From: Octopus sinensis
Taxonomy: Eukaryota
Direction: 5' to 3'
Assembly: GCF_006345805.1 (NCBI RefSeq)
Contig: NC_043004.1
Location: 58,466,001 to 58,530,000 of the forward strand
DNA: 64,000 bases
In this document: positions 27,731 through 40,788 of the stretch, one piece after another
Layout of the letters: each line of letters opens with the position of its first letter
Numbering within the stretch: position 1 is the first letter of the stretch
The notes under the pieces: generated by a model
The model's database searches: none
The model's input: only the letters and a program-made list of their open reading frames with translations
Told to the model about the DNA's origin: nothing
Translations under genes and position numbers: made by a program

Positions 27731-28128
27731 GCGCAGGAGTGGCTGTGTGGTAAGTAGCTTGCTAACCAACCACATGGTTCCGGGTTCAGTCCCACTGCGT
27801 GGCATCTTGGGCAAGTGTCTTCTACTATAGCCCCGGGCCGACCAATGCCTTGTGAGTGGATTTGGTAGACGGAAACTGAAGGAAGCCTGTCGTATATATG
27901 TTTATATATATATGTGTGTGGATGTGTGTGTTTGTCCCCCTAGCATTGCTTGACAACCGATGCTGGTGTGTTTACGTCCCTGTCACCTAGCGGTTCAGCA
28001 AAAGAGACCGATAGAATAAGTACTGGGCTTACAAAGAATAAGTCCCGGGGTTGATTTGCTCGACTAAAGGCGGTGCTCCAGCATGGCCGCAGTCAAATGA
28101 CTGAAACAAGTAAAAGAGAGTAAAGAGT
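27731..28128 (+). mobile_element. SINE family A, young copy
   Basis: GCGCAGGAGTGGCTGTGTGG...GGTTCAGTCCC B-box; tail (GTAAAAGA)n. Confidence 0.93.
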
Positions 28129-28569
28129 AATGCTGAAACTATTTTTTCATACAACCTTTATTCCTGAATCCATGTCTTAGGACTGAACTGTTAAAAAAAT
28201 GTTCGTCGTTTGAGTTGACCATCAAATCTAGCTTAATTACATGTACTTCTCAAAATACATTGTTATGCACATTATCAAAATTTTAATTTGAACTAATTGG
28301 TTAAAAAGATTATTGAATATTTTACTCAGAATCAGAGAAACCAAAAGCTGTAATTATTCTTAAAACACAAATTTTTTAGATTATATAGAAAAAAAATCAA
28401 TTGTCCATTTTCTGTTTTAAGCAAAATATTAATTTTAATTTATCTGAAGCTGTAAATAGTAAATGAAACCTGCTAAAAATTCTTAAGTACTGATTTCAGT
28501 CTTTATTATTTAAAAAGTCAAGAGCAATGAATTAGTAGAACCATTAGAATGTTAGGAAAAAAACGTCTT

Positions 28570-28987
28570 ACTCTCTTTTACTCTCTTTTACTTGTTTCAG
28601 TCATTTGACTGCAGCCATGCTGGAGCACCGCCTTTAGTCGAGCAAATCGACCCCAGGACTTATTCTTTGTAAGCCCAGTACTTATTCTATCGGTCTCTTT
28701 TGCCGAACCACTAAGTGACGGGGACGTAAACACACCAGCATCGGTTGTCAAGCAATGCTAGGGGAACAAACACAGACACACAAACACACACACATATATA
28801 TACATATATATATATACATATATATGACAGGCTTCTTTCAGTTTCCGTCTACCAAATCCACTCACAAGGCATTGGTCGGCCCGGAGCTATAGCAGAAGAC
28901 ACTTGCCCAAGGTGCCATGCAGTGGGACTGAACCCGGAACCATGTGGTTGGTTAGCAAGCTACTTACCACACAGCCACTCCTGCGCC
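28570..28987 (-). mobile_element. SINE family A, young copy
   Basis: Full structure. Confidence 0.93.
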
Positions 28988-29177
28988 TACACTCATGCAT
29001 CTTGTAGTAATTTGTTCTGATATTTGTTCTAAGTTCAGATCCTACCAATGACAAGTTTGCCATCCATTTCTCCAATTTGGTGAAATAAAAGACTAGTGAA
29101 ATACTACATTCAACAGCATTGATTATACCCCTTCCTTGTACCTAAATTAGAAACATTTCCGTCTTTTATATTATATT

Positions 29178-29565
29178 TTGTTTCAGTCATTAGACTGTGG
29201 CCACCCTGGGGTACTACCTTGGAGAATTTTTAGTCGAATATATCAACCTCGGCACTTTTTCTTTAAAGCCTGAGACTTACTTTCTTGGTCTCTTTTGCCA
29301 ACTTCTAAGTTACAGGGATGTAAACACACCAGCACCAGTTGTCAAAGTGGTGGGTTTGGGGGACAAACACAGACACAAAGATACACACATAGATATATTT
29401 ATATATATATAGGAATATACAATGAGCTTCTTTCATCTTCTGTCTACCAAATCCACTCACAAGGCTTTCATCAGCCCGAGGCTATTGCTGAAGACACTTG
29501 CAGTAGGACTGAGCCCTGAACCATGTGATTGGAAGCAAACCTCTTACCATGCAGCCATGTCTGCA
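29178..29565 (-). mobile_element. diverged SINE family A copy
   Basis: Recognisable tail and body. Confidence 0.75.
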
Positions 29566-31747
29566 CTTATATTTAAAAACTCAAGAGCACCACATTGGCA
29601 AAATCATTAGAGCATTGGAAAACTGCTTTGTGTAATTTGTTCCATGTCTTAACATTCTGAAAATTGAATCTTGGCAGCATCAACTTTGCTTATTATCCTC
29701 TCAGGGTTAATAAAATAAATTTAATTGATTTCCTCAACTCCCTAAATTTCAGCTTTTGCACTTGTATTAGAAACAGTTATTTAAAAATTTAAGCAGTAAG
29801 CTTATTGTAACAGTTAGTTGTACATAATTTTCACATAACCCAATTGATGCTTTAGTTACATGAATAGACATCATATCTCCTTGTTGTCCATGCTTCATAA
29901 TGACTGTACTTAATATTTATACTTAAGGCATTTATATTAAAAATCTATGGTTTTCATATAACAAAAAATTATTCATCCTTAATAATATTTATTTTACAAT
30001 TTATAATATATAACATATTTTAAAAACTCTCTTTAATTTCTTACTGGCATCTCTGATGTTAAATGAAGTTTACTAATGTTGATGCAAATAATGTGGCAAG
30101 CTGACAGAATCGTCCACATACCAGATAAAATGTTTAACAGCATTTCGACTGTTTTTACATTCTGAGTTCAAATTCTGTAGGGTTCAATTTTGCCTTTCAT
30201 CTTTTCAGGTTGATGAAATAATACCAGTTGCATACTGGGGTAGATGAAATAAGTATCAGTTGTGTACTGGGATCAATTCAATCAACCAGCTCCCTCCCCT
30301 AAAATTTCAGGACTTGTGCTTGGGGTTATTTTTAAAGCAATATTCAAGAATAACAACAGAATAGTTACTGTTTAGTGGATTCAGTCTTGATAGTAATGTC
30401 AAATTTATTGTAAAATACAAAATTGGTTGAATAAGTCATCATAATATACTTGAAGTCTCACTCAATATGAACTCTAATTAGCATTAACTGATTTTAATAG
30501 CTATCTACCGATATAACTGTTTAATAAAACTAAGATCTTCTAAAATTAGGAAAATTTTGCATTAAGTAATGAAATCCAGATTTAATAGCAGTGAGGAATT
30601 CCTCTGTATACTTTGAGTGAGAGTTTGTCTTTCTTTCTCTTTTTCTTTCTTTTTTTTCATTGTTCTAGAAAAATCAATTTATTTTGCAACCCCTTAGTGG
30701 GGTTGCAAAAAGAAAAATAATTTTATATCAATTTTTTTCAAAGAATTTATGCTTCATTTTGAAATGGTAGATTTATGGGGAAACTGTTTATATATCTTCT
30801 GACATCACTTTAAAATTCAGTGATGTAGTATACATGGATACATACAACACATTTATCATCAACATCATCATCATCATCACCACCACAACTGCCACCACCA
30901 CCACTACCATCATCATCGTCTTTTTTTATTAACCAGCATTATTGAGTACTTTCTAAATCTAGAGAATTTCTTAATATTCTTCTGAAATTTAAAAAAATTT
31001 TAATCCTTACTTTGCTTGAGAATTTTGTACCTGTATTCCATATATTTTCTTCTATCATTTGGAAGAGATAAAAAAAAATAATTTGGAGAGCTGGATTTTT
31101 TTTCTATAAGTATATTTTGTTTATCTGATATATAAAGGTATAGAACACCCTACCTATATCAAAGATTCTATTGCAAACTTTATTATTTAATGATACATTA
31201 ACAAAATTTGTTGCTCTTGATATTTACTAGCCAGTGACTAAAAATAAGCTATAAGATATTATCTATTCTAAATATAGCTTTAATTATTCTCTCATCTTGT
31301 CATCTACTTAACCTAAGCCTTACTTCATCAAACAATACTTCTGTTATACATTCATATTATAAGACTTTTATTATCTGTATATTAATTGTATCTATATTTT
31401 ACTTTGAGATAAATCATCATTTATTTAAGAATGCAACAATCCAAAAGTATTTTGTTCTTTACCTTATTTCATTCTCATTATAAATTAAATTCCCATGATG
31501 CTTATAATAACCTGCTGAGAAAAAATACTGTAATTCTTTTTTTTTTACTTTCACAATATATATGCACTTTTGCGATCACGTTTCAAACGATAAACCAGTT
31601 AAGTAGGTAACAGCTTTAAAGAAATATAATTGTATATCACAATATATAACTATTCTATCAGAGAATATAAATGTACACTTATATAGAGGGTGAAAACCAC
31701 CAACAATAGTAATGCTATTTTCCACACTATTGCTACAGTGTCATTAG

Positions 31748-31834
<87 letters not shown>

Positions 31835-32052
31835 GTTTAACGTCCGCTTTCCATGCTAGCATGGGTTGGACGGTTCAACTGGGGTCTGGGAAGCCAGAAG
31901 GCTGCACCAGGCCCAGTCTGATCTGGCAGTGTTTCTACAGCTGGATGCCTTTCCTAACGCCAACCACTCGGTGAGTGTAGTGGGTGCTTTTTACATGCCA
32001 CCGGCACAGGTGCCAGACAAGGCTGGCAAACAGCCACGATCGGATGGTGCTT
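31748..32052 (-). mobile_element. SINE family B, 3' part, ending in a (CAT)n/(AAT)n microsatellite
   Basis: Family B tail; the (AAT)n(CAT)n tract gives the poly-N/poly-H ORF 31690-31974. Confidence 0.85.
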
Positions 32053-32134
32053 TTATAATAATAATAAAAACAATAATAATAATAATAATAATAATGATGT
32101 TTCAAATTTTGGCACAAGGCCAGTAGTTTCAGGA

Positions 32135-32186
<52 letters not shown>

Positions 32187-32189
32187 GTT

Positions 32190-32240
<51 letters not shown>

Positions 32241-32590
32241 ACATAATTTATTCTTTAGTTTTACAAAATTTCACTGCTTATAAGCATAAATACATCTTGT
32301 ATGCTTTTATATTCCTTTGACTTTAACTGATGGTTGATAAGATATTTTTAGGTATTTTTCCTTAAATATCTCAAAATAAATATTATGAACAATCAGTTCA
32401 ATTTGAAGAGATACCAAAGATATTTTTTAATGATATTTTCCTTAAATATGCACAAGGCAAGCATGTTTGTGTGGCTAAGAACTTTGCTTCACAACCATGT
32501 GATCTCAGATTCATTCCCACTGTGCAGCCGGAACTGAACTTAAAACCATGTTTCAACACCTGCCTTATATCTACAAAAACAATAAGGAAG

Positions 32591-32627
<37 letters not shown>

Positions 32628-32647
32628 TATATATGTATATATATATA

Positions 32648-32880
32648 GGGTAGTGAGCTGGCAGAATTGTTAGCACGCTGGGTGAAATATTTAGCAGTAT
32701 TTCGTCTGCTGTTATGTTCTGAGTTCAAATTCTGCTGGGGTCGATTTCACCTTTCATCCTTTCAGAGTCGATTAAATAATTACCAGTTACACACTGGGGT
32801 CAATGTAATTGACTTCATCCCTTTGTCTGTTCTTGTTAGTCCCCTCTATGTTTAGCCCTTTGTGGGCAATAAATAAATAT
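32648..32880 (+). mobile_element. SINE family D (tRNA head plus CORE-like domain; resembles described octopus OR-type SINEs)
   Basis: GTGAGCTGGCAGAA A-box, GAGTTCAAATTC B-box, body CCTTTCATCCTTTC...GTCGAT..AATAATTACC, tail TTTAGCCCTTTGTGGGCAATAAA. Confidence 0.85.
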
Positions 32881-32890
32881 ATATATATAT

Positions 32891-33109
32891 TATATTAAAT
32901 TATAGATAAAACCACTATTAGGCAAATTATATTATTTTAAATATATATCAAAAGTATTAAAAGTTTAATAAAAGATAATTATCTTTTATTAAACTTTTAA
33001 TACTTTTGATATATATTTAAAATAATATAAATTAATTAATTTTATGTATTGACTTAAGTTTTTCATTGTTTGATTTGCCTAATAGTGGTTTTATCTCTAA
33101 TTTAATATA
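32891..33109. repeat. AT-rich palindromic element
   Basis: Outer arms TATATTAAATTATAGATAAAACCACTATTAGGCAAAT / ATTTGCCTAATAGTGGTTTTATCTCTAATTTAATATA; inner palindrome centred on GATAATTATC (about 32978); linear relative at 39170-39441. Confidence 0.85.
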
Positions 33110-33552
33110 ATATAATATTTTACTATAAAATTGGATTCAATCCTAAATCTGATTTTTTCCCTGTAAGTTTGGATTTATTCCCTAATATTTTATTATATAT
33201 ATATATATATACACACATATATATATATCAGTGTGTGTGTGTGTGAATGTGCATACATGTCTGTATGTGTATGTATGAACATTGTCATTTCTGCTTCTTG
33301 CTGCAGATTATCTGAGTGAAAAAAAAATGCTGTTGTGTTTACATTCTTTGTAAATATTATGTCCCTTAGTTCTGAGCTCTCATTGTAGTGGAATAAAAAA
33401 AATCCTTTACTTACTTGTATAGCAAAAAAAAATTTGTTATCAGCGGAAAAACACATTTTGCTGTAGAAATATTGCCTCAAATAAGTGTTAATCCAACTTA
33501 TGCTAACATAGAACAATGAATGTAAAACAAAACAAATAGTTATGTTTTAGAT

Positions 33553-33890
33553 GCAGGAGTGGTTGTGTGGTAAGAAGCTTACTTCCCAACCATATGGTTC
33601 TAGGTTCAGTCTCACTGCATGGCACCTTGGGCAAGTTTCTTCTATTATAGCTTCGGGTCGACCAAAGTGGATTTGGTAGATGGAAACTGAAAGAAGCCCG
33701 TCTCCATCATTGCTTGACAACCAATGTTGGTGTGTTTACATCCCTGGTCCCCGTAACTTAGTGATTCAGCAAAAGGGACCAATAGAATAAGTACTAAGCT
33801 TACAAAGAATAAGTCCTGGGGTCGATTTGAAGTGATGCTCTAGCATGGCCACAGTCAAATGACTGAAACAAATAAAAGAATAAAAGAAAA
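33553..33890 (+). mobile_element. diverged SINE family A copy with internal deletion
   Basis: Head and tail present, microsatellite spacer missing. Confidence 0.8.
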
Positions 33891-34121
33891 GTTGTTTTTA
33901 ATATAAATATCCTGCTCCATACATACACACACATATATACATTCAAGCATATACATGTCAATTGTGGAACACGACTGTCACAGTATAAACCTGATGATTG
34001 TATAATGCATGAAAGTACTAGTTTATTTCAACATTATGAAATTGTGAAAATCAGGCTAGGCTGGAATTTCATTGATTAATATATATTCTCCTATACACAA
34101 TCATACAAGCTTAGATATCTG

Positions 34122-34228
<107 letters not shown>

Positions 34229-34382
34229 TTGTGTGTGTGTGTATTTACATACACATGCATACACACACATATATATATATGCAAATATGCATATACACAC
34301 ACATATATATATATATATATATATGCAAATATGTATATACACACACATGCACAGACACAAACACGCACACACATACAAACAT

Positions 34383-34416
<34 letters not shown>

Positions 34417-36249
34417 TACATGGCTATCACTCTCAGACAGCTATTCTTCATGAACTGGTTTTCTTAAGATGAAATTATTAAACATCTTTGTTTCCTATGA
34501 CATTTTTGGGGTTTCTTTTTAGTTACAGAAACTTTTGCATTGAATGCAGCTTTATATTATATTTCACAGTTTCTAAATGTTTATAATATTTCCTTTTGCT
34601 TGATATGTTTAAGTAATATAGTAGTTGAATAAATATAGCATATGGTTAATTTTATGCAATAAGAATTTTGCTACTTTTACATTTAATATTTTAAAATCAA
34701 TTTGTATTCAAATCAAAGATTTATCTTCAATATATTCCTTGTTAACAGATACTATTTATATTTTGTTCTCCTAACAAATATTCTTGGTTAATGAAATCTG
34801 CCTTTTCAGATCATTAGAATAATGTATTTTTAATTTTGCTTTGATAATTACTGTGGTATTTGAGTACATCTCTATTTCTCTATATTCAGAACTTTCCTTT
34901 CCTTTTCTTTCACAACTTTCAATCCACCAATCACACCATTCTACTTTCCTTTCAATAATTCTTTACAAAAAAGTTTAATTTTTCTTTACATCAAAATCAT
35001 CCTCTAGAAAAAGTAGTTTTGTAAGGTGTTTTATAACAATATTATTAATTATTCTTAACAAATCTGTTTGTTTCTCTTCTCTTTCTGTTATTATCTCTAA
35101 GTAATCTGCATACAAATCTGATCAGCAGTTTTCATTTGTCATTTCTGTTCCCATTGTTCTGTATTTAAAATACTGATCTACATTTCCTGATATTACCCTT
35201 AACTATTTCCCATGCTAACTTCTGATGTATTCCATCATTCAAAAATCTTCAGTATATTATAATCTTCAGCATTGAGATAAAATTGAAACAAAAATTCTTT
35301 TGTATACCTTCGAATTTATTTCTTCCAAAATACATAGTATAAAACTTCTTTTCTATTTCTTTGATAATTCAGTTTTTTATTGTTGGGATGGATGGGTTTT
35401 TTTTTTTTTTGCATATTGATAATTTGTTATTGAAATGGTTTCTAGAGTATTTTTCAAAAATCTGTCATGCTGCAAGTAATATAGAGAAACAAGGTATAGT
35501 TGCAGGAATGCCAGATTATGGTCTTTCAGACTTCAAATTTTGCTGAAAATATTCTTTACTTTTCACCCTCTGAGACTGATTAAAAAAAAGTTCTAGCAAT
35601 ATTATAGGAACTGATATTAAGTACACAATATGTGAACATACACGATACATTCAACTTTTTAACCTCATCTCCGTCCAGTTTTCTTCATTGTATGTTAAAT
35701 TTTGTAAGCATAATAGATTGTTGTTTTACTTATTTACATTCTCCTTTTAACAGGCACAAAATTTCAATAGAAATTTCAATAGAAATTTTGTGCCTATTTT
35801 TCAGTGTATTACTGAAAAATGAATTTATGAATATGATACATTTTACCAGTGAAGAAACAATGCATCATTTCTAAATTTTCATATTTTTTAGTGGATTGAG
35901 AAATTCATGAGACTCCAATTTTAGCAGCCTGGGTGATTATGTAGTTTACCCAATTCATAGCATTGTCCCTGAGATTCATCATTTTCCATTATTTTATTCA
36001 ATTAAAATCCTTGATTACATAATTCAAATATTCAGCTATTTTGTAAATTCTTAATTTATTTTTTTAACAAACCTAAGAATGAAAGAATGTAACTTATCAA
36101 ATAACGTTCAAATTCTTTGTTTATGGCCAAAAAAAAGGAAGTCTTATAGCTTCATTAAATATTAAATTGTAAATATTAGAGAACTGAAATTGTTCTATGT
36201 GTGTGTGTGTGTGTTTGTACATGTTCCTAATTATGCTTGTGCACGTTTC

Positions 36250-36703
36250 TATGTGTACATCACCTCAGGTTCAGTCCTTCAAGACTACCATGCAACATTT
36301 TGGGTCGGCATCTTGTTCTATAGCTCTGAACTGACCAATGTCTTCTGAAGGAATTTCTTAGATGGAAACTGAGAGAAGCCTTTCAAGCCTTTTGTATGTA
36401 TGTGTGTATGTATGTATGTGTGTATGTATGTATGTATGTGTGTATGTATGTATGTATGTGTGGGTGTTTGTATATGTGTGTGGGAATGTATGCTTGTCTG
36501 CGCCTCTGAGTATGTTTACAAAACTACACATTACCATTTGTAGCTCAGCAATAATTTTGGACTGGAAGGGCATCCAACTGTAGAAACACCGCCAGATCTG
36601 ACTGGCCTGGTGCAGCCTTCGGGCTTCCCAGACCCCAGTTGAACCGTCCAACCCATGCTAGCATGGAAAGCGGACGTTAAACGATGATGATGATGATGAT
36701 GAT
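36250..36703 (+). mobile_element. composite SINE: decayed family A-type head/body plus family B tail
   Basis: GGTTCAGTCC...GATGGAAACTGAGAGAAGCC, (TATG)n, then ...GGAAGGGCATCC...GACGTTAAACGATGATG. Confidence 0.7.
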
Positions 36704-36876
36704 TATTTCTAGTCGGACTGTAACAGGTTCATGTTTAATGACATCTTCTTTCAATAAACTGTCTGGCTTCTCTGTGCTTTCGAATAACTCTGGAATATAA
36801 AAAAAAAAAGAATTGTTTTTATATCTAGTTTGCAAGATTCTTTATGTGAATTCATGTGTTGAAACAAATTTTGTTG

Positions 36877-37862
36877 TGTCTAGGGAGAGTCATTATGTCA
36901 ATGTTATTAACATATGTACTGGCTCAATTCTACTCCTTCATTATTAGTCAATTGGTTAAACACCCAACAAAATAATTGATTGTTTGTTTGATTTGATTAA
37001 ACAGTAACTCATTTATTTGTTTTGTTTTTGTTTGTCAATGCTCTTTCATTGCTCCTTGCAACCTTTTCAGTGGCTTCTTTCTTAGTCAGTTACAAAGGCT
37101 GCATTTGTCTGCCTGGGACTTTGTTGTGTGCGTGTATACCAGTGTGCACACATGCTTAGTATGTATGTATGTATGTATGTATGTATGTATGTATGTATGT
37201 ATGTATGTATTCTGTTTATTCATGTGTGTGTGTTTGAGAATGTACTTCTGCTTCCTTGAGTGTGTCTATGTGTGTATAAGCTTGTGTGTGTATGCATGTG
37301 TGCCTATATATACTTGTGTGTGTATGTGTGTGGATGGTCATGTGTGTGTGTATGTGCACATCTGTCTGTACTATCTATTTACCAACATACCTATATCTAT
37401 CTACCTACATACCTACTTATCCACCTACTCACCTATTTGCTTGCCTATCTTCCCACCTATCTACCTACCTACATAATTAACTAAGTAATTAACAATCTAT
37501 ATAACTAACCTAACCACCTAAAACTTATCTTCCAACCTATCTAACTACCTACCTATTTACCTGCTTGACTGCCTACTTATGAATGTACCTATGTATATAT
37601 GCTGTGTGGGTGATATCTACGGTATTGTGGTATCTTTACCTTTTACATATATTTCCTTCCTATTTAGTATTCTTTTATCTTTTATTTTTATTCTTTATGA
37701 CTGCAGACATGCTGGAGCACCACCTTCAGTCTAGCAAATCGACCCCAGGACTTATTCTTTGTAGGCCCAGTACTTATTCTATCGGTCTCTTTTGCCAAAC
37801 AGCTAAATTGGTTGTCAAGCAATGTTGACCGACAAACACATACACATACACACACACACACA

Positions 37863-37895
<33 letters not shown>

Positions 37896-39020
37896 ATATT
37901 ATATATATATATAGGACAGGCCTCTTTCAGTTTCTGTCTGCCAAATCCACTCACAAGGCTTTGGTTGGCCTGAGGCTATAGCAGAAGACACTTGCCCAAA
38001 ACGCCATGCAGTGGGACTGAACCCAGGACCATATGGTTGGTAAGCAAGCTACCTACCACACAGCCACTCATGCACCTATGGGCAATCTTTCATTTATGAG
38101 TACATACTCTTGTATTCAAAATGTCACAGATACCAGTCACACAATGTACATACATAAGTGCATTCAGGTTGGTAGTTAGATTGGTAAGTAGATAGGTTTT
38201 AGGTGGTTAGGTTAGTTATACAGAGTGTTAGCTAGTTAGTTATGTAGGTTGGTAGATTGGTGGGAAGATAGGCAAGCCACAACGTGGGCAGGTAGATTAG
38301 TAAGGTAGGTGGGTAGATAGGTAGGCACATAAGTAGGTAAAATGGTAGTACAGACACACACAAAAGCACACACATGCACACACACACACACAAAAGCACA
38401 CATACACACACAAGGAGACCGACACACATGACAATACATACACACACCTTCCACACACATGCATACACACACAGACATATATAGGCACACATGCATACAC
38501 AACAGGTGCATGCACGTACACACACAAACTCATATGCATAGACACACTCAAGCACACATGCACAAGGAAGCAGAAGCACACACACAAATACACACAAACA
38601 TACATACATACATACACCTACACAAGCACGCACACACACATATAAATATGTAGATGAATACATAAATGCATACATACACAAGCACGCACACGCACACACA
38701 CATGAATACATAGATGAATACATACATACATAAACAAGCACATGCATGCACTACTATGCACACACACTCGTGAGACAAAATCTCAGGCAGAAAAATACAG
38801 CCTCCATCACAGTCTAAGAAGAAAGTCATCGAAAAGGCTGCATATAGCAATGATAGAACTTTGACAAACAAAATCAAAACAAATGACTTACTGTTTAATC
38901 AAATTAAACCAACAATTAAATAGTTAGTTGGATATTTAAACAAATGACTAATAGTAAAAGAGTGGAATGGAACCAGTGCCTATGTTAATGATATTGGTAT
39001 GATGACTCTCCCCAGACACA
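36877..39020. repeat. long diverged inverted repeat (arms about 36877-37560 and 38160-39020), rich in (TG)/(TATG)/(CCTA) repeats
   Basis: Both outer ends (GTGTCT.GGGAGAGTCAT...TTTGATTAAACAGTAA) and inner ends (ATAACTAACCTAACCACCTAAAAC) match in opposite orientation. Confidence 0.8.
37681..38077 (-). mobile_element. SINE family A copy in the spacer of the inverted repeat
   Basis: Head and tail recognisable. Confidence 0.85.
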
Positions 39021-39557
39021 ATAAAAGAGACCCTTGACCAAAACACCATTAAGTTGTTGACTTGAAATGCATCCAGCCATAAAAATTCTGCCTCAATTTT
39101 CTTCTGCCTAAACTACCATACTAGAATGGAAAACAGGCATTGAATGAAATGAGTGTTTTATATATATATTATATTAAATTAGAGATAAAACCACTATTAG
39201 GCAAATCAAACAGTGAAAAATATAAGCCAATAAAATTAATTTAAAAATATAAAAGATAAAAATAAATAAATATTTAAATAATTTAAACTTTAAAATTTTA
39301 TATATATATACAAATATATATATGTATGTATGTATATTTTTATATTTATATATTATTTTATTTATTAATTAATTAATTAATTTATTTATTTATTTATTTT
39401 TTTAATATATATAAAAAGTATTAAAAGTTTAATAAAAGATATGTAACAATTTAAAAATGATATTAACAGAATCAATAATATAAGCAATTGCAGGTCCCCA
39501 AAAAACATTAAATAGCTGAAGGATTAAAATTAATCAAAGACACTTAGTATCTCTACC

Positions 39558-39723
39558 TGCTGGAAATAACAGTCAAAACTTTTATTTAAACCACCAAAAC
39601 ACACTGATATTAACTACAGAAATCAACCGTCTCAACCGTTTGCCTTTGGATGGTTGATTTCTCTAGTTATTATCAGTGTAGTTTGGCGATTTAATCTAAG
39701 AGTTTTGACTGTTATTTCCAGCA
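39558..39723. mobile_element. 166-bp fold-back MITE-like element
   Basis: TGCTGGAAATAACAGTCAAAACT / AGTTTTGACTGTTATTTCCAGCA plus complementary inner segments. Confidence 0.82.
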
Positions 39724-40118
39724 CATTGACATGCTTAGTATGTCCTTTGATCAATTATATATATATACACATACAAACATGCATCCATACATATAAAGAT
39801 ATGTAGGGAAGAAAAGAGAGAATGAAAGGAAGAAAGAGAGACAGGTGTGAATATAGGCAACTTGTTAACTTCAAGCATATGCATGGCTTGTATGGATGGC
39901 ATAAAGCAGATAATGCTTGATCAAAAAGTTTATTAATTAACGTATGTTATACACTTAAAAGTCTAAAGAAAATTCAAACAGAATTTATGTTACATATTTA
40001 AGTTACATAACACATTCACCATTTTTCAGAGACATATGTAGTACAGGTTTACCTTCTCTATTCCCTGCATCTATCAGTATATATATATAATATATATATA
40101 TATAATATATATATATAT

Positions 40119-40428
40119 CGCTGTGCTCACCGTGACTGACCAGGCTATCAGATGTTGCTACACATCGCTGGTCGCAATGTGCTTCGCATTGTTTTTGCCT
40201 CCAAATGATGCCACCCCACTGGCTAAGTGAGCAGGTCAACAGAAGAAAGAGTGATAGAAAATTGTGGCGAAAGAGTACAGTAGGGATCGCCACCTACCCC
40301 TGCTGGAGCCTCGTGGAGATTTTAGGTGTTTTCACTCAATAAACACTCACAATGCCCAGTCTGGGAATCAAAACCGCGATCCTATGACCACAAATCCGCT
40401 GCCCTAACCACTGGGTCATTGCACCTCC
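40119..40428 (-). mobile_element. SINE with family C head/body but a different 3' tail
   Basis: Shares CCCAGTGGTTAGGGCAGCGG...CTCCACGAGGCTCC...GATCCCT.CTGTACTCTTT with family C, then diverges. Confidence 0.85.
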
Positions 40429-40500
40429 ACATATATATATATATATATATATACATGAATAAAAAAAATGGAGTTAACGCAGGTGTAATCAAATAATTTT

Positions 40501-40586
40501 ACTTTCGACACATGTTTCGAAAATTCCACTGATACTATTCAAAAGAATAAATGGTATAAACAATGCAATCTTCTCCTCAGGAAAGT
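40501..40586 (-). ncRNA. type I hammerhead ribozyme
   Basis: Stem I ACUUUC/GAAAGU; core CUGAGGA (40580-40574); stem II GAAGAUU/AAUUUUC; GAAA (40518-40515); minimal stem III AC-AUGU-GU; predicted GUC cleavage after 40507. Confidence 0.8.
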
Positions 40587-40788
40587 GAAGAAAATGAAAC
40601 TCGTCAATAAGACATTTTAGCAAAAAAAAGATGGATTTGTATAGCGATAGACAGAACGCTATTAATATTGTTTAAAAAAACGTTACATGATATAACGTCA
40701 TAAGTAGCTAACAGAAACAGTACGGATATTAATAGTGAATGTTAAATATAAAGGAAATTAAAGTTTAAATTATATATAATGATAGAGA

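Noticed and set aside
34760-35550. Purine-biased minus-strand block with short protein-like frames
   Set aside because: It may be a very old LINE remnant, but there is no diagnostic motif, so it is left uncalled.
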